NCBI RefSeq assembly: GCF_964194025.1 | Contig: NC_134469.1 | Span: 13,640,001-13,704,000, forward strand | DNA length: 64,000 nt | Source: Convolutriloba macropyga | Taxonomy: Eukaryota | Reading direction: 5' to 3' | Shown: positions 61,071-64,000 of the stretch, one piece after another | Layout of the letters: each line of letters starts with the position of its first letter | How positions within the stretch are numbered: position 1 is the stretch's first letter | The notes under the pieces: model-generated | The model's database searches: none | The model's input: the letters and a program-made list of their open reading frames with translations, nothing else | What the model was told of the DNA's origin: nothing | Translations under genes and position numbers: made by a program

Positions 61071-63299
61071 CTCTGAAAATTATACCTATAGCAACTTTTT
61101 TAAAAACAAAACTCATTTTGACCCCTTTTGCGGAGTGCAATCAAATGAACAAAAAACAGGCAAAAAGATCAATTCATTAAAAGACCCTCACTTTTATCTG
61201 CGATTATTTTCTAGAAAAAGCAGTATGGCTTTCAATATGGCTTTCTAATTTTCTAGCTCAATAGGCTTTCAATATGAAACCAAACAACACTTTTCGGGTG
61301 TCTAAAATTGGGCTAGATGGGATCTGGGGACGGGTAAGGGGGGAAACATCTTAAATCGGCTTTTTACGAAGACCTCCAAATCAATATATTGACAAGCATA
61401 ACGTGATTGTTCAAATTATATGGTGTTATAAAACTTCACCCGCAGAAGGCACTCTTGTCTCTTTTCAGTTGCAGCATAAGAACAAAAAAAATAAAATTCT
61501 TTAACAACCTTTCCCAAAACTAGGTAATTATTAACTACTACTTAGTCTTTCCAGTTCTACGTTCACAAACATTTGAATTTAAATCAAGTAAAAAAGTGTA
61601 CACAAACAGTCAATTTAGAAAAGACCCCCTTAAAAGGTACTCGGTCGACAAGGGCCGGCAAGTCAACATCTATATACCCAAATAGATAGATATCCCACAC
61701 TGGTTAAAAGTCCCATCTTCCACTACTGCCGCCGCAGAGCCATCTCGCAAGAGCACCCCTCAAACCTTGATGCAAAAACTGCGCTTCAGAGTATGTAAAG
61801 AGTATTTTTGTGCCTATAAAAACTTAATGACGCCGTATTTTTCATTGCATTTGCTGCTGATCTAGTCTGCACGACGTTATGCCACTTTTTGGTAGAGGTC
61901 TGGCACCCACCTTGCATGCAAACACAATTTTAGAACTTTCTGTGATTGGTGGCACTTATGGGTATCCGAAATTCTTTTAGAGGTCGATTGGGGATTATAG
62001 ATTGCACAGGTTAACTTTCGGCTCGATCTCGACGTCGTATCAAACTTCCTAGATGTATTGTCACTGCTGATTTCGTTTTCACATAAGCTTTCAAATAGTG
62101 CCGCGAGTATGAGGTGGTAAACGTATGTTCACTGGCCGGGGATAATATTAAGTTATCCACGTTGCACACTTTTCTACCTTCGTATGTCAATGAGAAGTCC
62201 AAATAAAGTGGTAGTTTTGATCACGCTGGAGAGGTAAAGTGAGTGAAAAAACAAGTAGGTTTGAAGCGGGACTCTTTATCAATTTACAATTCAAGAGTGA
62301 GAAATCGGTATTTGAACCAGTATTAGGTTTTTGAAAGCCAAATTAGTGCTACGACCGGCAATTTGACTTCTATTAATGCTGTTTTTTTTTCTGATTTTTT
62401 AATTAATGGTTTGAAACGTCAGTTAAGTGTTTTACTATTTGTAGTGGTATTTTTGAATTCATCAAAAGGCAGTTAATGGTTTATGAGACTTCGACACTCC
62501 ATGTTTTATTAAATATGTGATTTTTTTTGGTTTGACCAATTCTTTTTATGTACTGTCTCCTAATCTCATTAGTGATTGATAAAATTCACTCTAAGTCTCA
62601 ACAGACGATATGTAAAAATATCAAATTAACATCTAAATGTTTCGACCACTTATTTATACCTTCAGAACTACGCAATATGTTTTCTCATTTTGCGTATTTA
62701 CCGTACCCTTTGTTGTAATATAAGTCAGCGTGATTATTTACCAAATCAATTATCGGTTGCTTATAAAGCACACACAATCGAAGTAATTGTTTCAATTCAC
62801 AGCTAATGCCTTCTATGGCGTTGAAAAAAACTAATCTAATTACTAGCGAAATCTTGTGTTTTGTTCACTTTTTAATGTTTATTTTGTCTTATAGTCTAGT
62901 CTCATTATTGCCAATTGTCATCAGTTGCTAATCAAGTAAAAATTAATCTTACTTAATTGAGTTCGTACCAGTGGTTTTTGTGAACTGAGCTATTTCTTTT
63001 GAATTTTTAGTCATGCCTGTTTTTGTTGCTTTTCTTGGGGTTTTATCGCTTAATCTCAAAAATTACTGTTCTCATTGGGCTTTTATTGCGGCGTAGTGTA
63101 GTCATCAATGTTTGGTTTTGAAATTTTAGCCACCGCATTTATTGAAACGGACAATTTTTTGAATTGAATCTTGCTTTCAGCTGGGGTTCGTTTGTCTCTT
63201 TTTCACATAATGGAACTCCTGATGGTTGATTTATGACTGCTAAAGTTGTATGTCATGGTGTGATTGAAGATATAAATGTGTAGTTTTGCGTTTTTCTTA

Positions 63300-64000
63300 C
63301 TAGTTTGCGTCCTTAACGTGTTTAACTTTAGGATTATTGAGGGGCACTGAGATGAATCTATAGCATTCAAGGAGTCCTAAATTCACAGGATGCTGCCGAT
63401 TGTGCTAATTGTGCTAACTGCATCGATTGTTCTAATTGTGCTAACTGCAACTGTAAGCACGAAGCTGATGCGACTGAGTGCCCCTCTTACCTGAAATTTA
63501 TATCAAATTTATATTCATCGCGAGGAACAACCCTTGCCAAACCATATCCAAAAAATGATGAATCGACTCCATATCGGAAATGACTGGTTGGTAATGGATG
63601 TAAATTTCTGGAACTGAATATAAGCGGACTGAGTGATCACTGCAAAGTGGCCTTAAACAAATACATGGACGGACAACGATCACCTCTCCAAAGACTTCTC
63701 CGAACGTGAACATATCCGCTTTAAAAAATCGCTCTCGCTTCTCTTCTTTCGACAATGATCAGATACATCCTAAAATGCAGCAGAAAGTCGGCGCCAGATT
63801 TATAGAAGTCCTAATAAGACTCTTCAATATGTGCGTCTAGAGAAGTATCTGGCCCTGGAACACCTCTAGAGTGATATTCAATAAAACAGCTTAATGAAAT
63901 TTTTAAGATGTCCCCTCCAGTAGTCGACCTCTATCGATCGCTTCCCACATTGGAAAGGTTTTTGAGCAAATGATCGAGCACAGAATATGACGACACATCG
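63300..64000 (+). pseudogene. Heavily decayed LINE fragment running off the window end
   Basis: CANC...HEADATECP zinc-knuckle remnant (~63440-63485), ISGLSDH APE remnant (~63620) and RPLSIASHIGKVFEQMIEHRI RT start (~63925-63990). Confidence 0.65.

Noticed and set aside
62011-62230. Possible exon upstream of SIRT6
   Set aside because: The acceptor-like site at ~62227 is followed by stops in all frames before or within the ORF; no recognisable product.

Overview
AT-rich eukaryotic (invertebrate-animal-like; species not determinable) genomic DNA. The main feature is a complete but decaying 17,865-bp Maverick/Polinton (adintovirus-like endogenous dsDNA virus) at 3884-21748. It has AGTAGT...ACTACT ends, ~585-bp terminal inverted repeats (TIRs) and a perfect 6-bp target-site duplication (TSD, GAAGGT). 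It carries protein-primed PolB (with C2H2 fingers and an inserted Vsr-like nuclease), integrase, A32-type packaging ATPase, major and minor capsid proteins and an adenain protease that the ORF track misses. It also has an unusual accessory block: a DEDD-like nuclease, a divergent PLA2-like protein, several PC4-like proteins and a possible HUH-like protein. The element landed inside a non-autonomous Helentron (HINE)-like repeat that recurs across the window. All host genes are on the minus strand: a 6-exon NOC3L (764 aa reconstructed), an unknown gene starting 237 bp after the NOC3L stop, a 2-exon type II membrane single-Ig protein, and an intronless SIRT6. Also present: a near-full-length decayed LINE in NOC3L intron 3, other LINE fragments, a degenerate HDV-like ribozyme fold, two long hairpins, a MITE and a ~1.76-kb tandem duplication. 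All family calls come from manual motif recognition; no searches were run.
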